Below are positions 61,383 to 64,000 of a stretch of DNA of 64,000 bases, piece by piece. Location of the stretch: NCBI GenBank assembly GCA_026026165.1, contig JAPEUD010000070.1, positions 1-64,000 on the forward strand, given 5' to 3'. This DNA comes from Sarea resinae. Taxonomy: Eukaryota. Every line of letters begins with the position of its first letter. Position 1 is the stretch's first letter. Made by a program: the position numbers and the translations under genes. The notes beneath the pieces were generated by a model that was given only the letters and a program-made list of their open reading frames with translations, did no database searches and had not been told where the DNA came from.

Positions 61383-64000
61383 TTGTATTTGTTGCGGGGG
61401 TAGGATGAGTATAAGCTGCTGGGTGTTCACAGAAAACACAAGACAGGTGACGATCTTGACGGCGGCGGGGCTGTTGGGTAAAGGACAGTGTTGAGCGCGA
61501 TATTAATTACAGATGGATCAAAGCCTGACCAGCTGGCTTTGAATTCTAATTAGGAGTGATGGATGAGGAGGGCGGATATGGTTTGCGTTCGTCGTCTGCC
61601 TTGGAGCTGATATATTGATATTGGGTGCTTGGGATGGCAGACTTATATGTCAACATGAATGGTCGACATTAGGCGGGAAAGCCACTGTTTCTATTTTGAG
61701 GCCCCAGCCCGGCCTGGGTGGTGGGGAAGTGAGTGAGTGAGTGGGTGAGTGAGTGAGCGAGCGAGGGTCAGTGGGAGGTGGGAGACGGACTGGAGGAGTG
61801 CATGTCGTATGCCCATGCACGCACTTAGTGTCTGCCCTGTTCGGAGCTCGATTTTCCCATGTCCCCATGCTCCCATGCTCCACGAGACAGCGGGCGGCCA
61901 GTGCGCTAGTGGAAAGAGAGCAAAATGGCAGCGATTCAGGTGCGCGAGAGGTGCGCGAGCTGGTCGATTACCTGCTTCAGTAGCACTCTAGAGCCAAAGG
62001 GGCAAGTAAGACGGGCCATCAGCCAAAGAATAGAAGAGGAAGCGCAGAATAGGTTCCCGGTGCTCTCCGCCGCACGCAGACCGTGCAGATGCTGGAGGGC
62101 TATTTTTGCGATACGTCGCCGTGCCATCTCACTGGCCCGCCCCCGCTGCCCACCCCCCCCGCTCCATGGTAATCGATCCATGCCGGCACCTACATCTGAT
62201 GTCTCTGCAGGCCACACGCCGCACGCCCACACCACACCTGGCACTTAGGCTCAGTCCCCGGTCGTTGCAATCCTAAAAAAGGCACCAAATTGACCCTTTC
62301 CGAGTGCGATCAGCAAAGGGCTACATCGCACATCGTACATCGTACATGGCACATCCGACATCGTGCCTCTCTGCCTTGCAGCAAGCGGGCCGATATCAAA
62401 TGCTCGCGCGATAGTAGTGCTGCCGTGCTAGCCCGCTGCAACCTGATAAAGCAAGCGGTGGCTAGTGATGGTGCATGGACGTCTATGTCGTGTTCATGGC
62501 CATGGTCGCAACCCTTTGCCATAGTGGACATCGGCAGCGATCATCCCTTCTCTAGCTTGGTCAATCATTCATTCCGTGCTGGTCAGATGGAAGGTCGACG
62601 GTGAGAGAGCAAGCCATTCGGAGATAGAAGACCATTAGATGTCATTAGTACGAAGGGAAACGGTGGGGCATCATGGTACGATCGCTAGGGCATGATTCTT
62701 GTTGAGGCACGACCGTCGTCAAGCTTGATAGGTGCGGCCTTGTATTTTCCCCAAATGAGGTCTTCTGGAGCAGATGAGGTGGTATGTGCTAGTAAAGATC
62801 CCACTTCATCTGGAGAGACGAGCCAGGTACTGTACCCTACCCGACCCGACCAGCCACTTGCGGTAGGAAGCAATAGATCAATACACAACCCCATCATCGC
62901 TTCGGCCGCGACGATACCAAAGACGTACGATTGCCCCGAACCAGGAGCAAATGGGCTGCCCAAGCTACAACGGAGATGCGCCAGCAGCTCGAGTGTGGGA
63001 GAAGCACAGGAAGTGAACAAGGGCTGCTGGTGAGGAAAGGAAAGGAAAGGCAGGACGAGGCGGTGGCAGAGGCCAGGGCCAGAGAGAGGGCAGGGCCTGA
63101 TGTGGCAGCGGTGAGCACTGAGTGGAGGGACAAGAGGACGATCGCCATGGGTGCTGATGAGGAGGGAGGGGTCGAGGACGAGTCTTGTTGATGGATGTCG
63201 TCGAATCGTGCATGTCGGCCATGTCCACTAACAGCGACCAACAGCAACTAGCCCGAGTAGCCTCTCGCTGACATTAGCGCAAAGCGGTGCGAGGCGGCAC
63301 GAAGCGACAACGACGGTTCACCGCGCACGGTTGGACAAGCAGCCTTGCGGCTACCGACTAGTCGTCTCAGGGGTCTCGGCCGTCCAGGAGCCACGACAGC
63401 CAATGCTTCGAGAAACGGACCTGTAAGGGACAGGGCCCCTGAGGGCCGTGGGCGAGAGGACCGGCATGATCTGGGGATCCTGCACATGGACTGGACGAGA
63501 ATCCCGGTCCATGATGAGATGAAGAGCATTCGTTACTCTACCCGTAGAGTGCTCTACAGTATTCGTGATGGCTCCCATCCAACCTTGCCCGACGAGGAAA
63601 TGGAACTGCATCGAGCCCCTGTTCCTCCATCCTGGTTGCTCGCAGCCTGCAGCCTGCAGCTTGCATCCATCGTATCGCATTGCAGATTGACGAACGGTCG
63701 GCCTCTCATCGGCCACTCATCTTGGCTCCCCCGGGCCAACCTATGAACCTCTGCTATGAGTAAACGTCGTAGACTACTCCGGAGGAAGTAGTACTTTACC
63801 CACTGTGGTAAGTCACCGTCCTGGATAGTTCGCTTGCTCGTTCGCTCCCCCGGCGGATGCCTTGCAGCTTCCCTATCGGCACCTTATTGCTCTCTTTCCC
63901 CTCCCCACCTCCACCGCGGAGCTAACCTTCTTGATGCCTGCTCCGTGCCACGGAACATGACCCAACCCCTCTCGACCTAAATAAAGAAGGTTAATTTACA

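Noticed and set aside
61440..64000. Short ORFs upstream of pro1
   Set aside because: No coding signature; consistent with a long regulatory region

Overview
Eukaryotic, intron-containing DNA from a filamentous ascomycete (Pezizomycotina-type GT..CTRAC..AG introns of mostly 50-100 nt; microsatellite-rich intergenic gaps). Most of the window is conserved housekeeping or developmental genes: TRM140-like methyltransferase, SHR3, RPR2-like, palF/RIM8, MND1, YTM1, IES1, MRPL25, PRP28, PRP39, CSA/ERCC8-like, ATG5, pro1/nosA and several hypotheticals. An accessory-looking island lies at about 7-21 kb, between TRM140 and SHR3. It holds an F-box-like gene, a secreted protein with a cytidine-deaminase-like (CxE...PC) signature, a frameshifted secreted SGNH hydrolase carrying duplicated Cys-rich toxin-like modules, an MDR enoyl-reductase-like gene, a possible HR-PKS dehydratase relic and TpA-rich RIP-like patches. 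The best novelty candidate is the co-oriented secreted deaminase-like plus SGNH/toxin-module pair. Splicing oddities are secondary: a candidate poison exon in PRP39, a required GC-AG intron in IES1 and frequent AAG acceptors. All family calls come from motif recognition by eye; no database searches were run.
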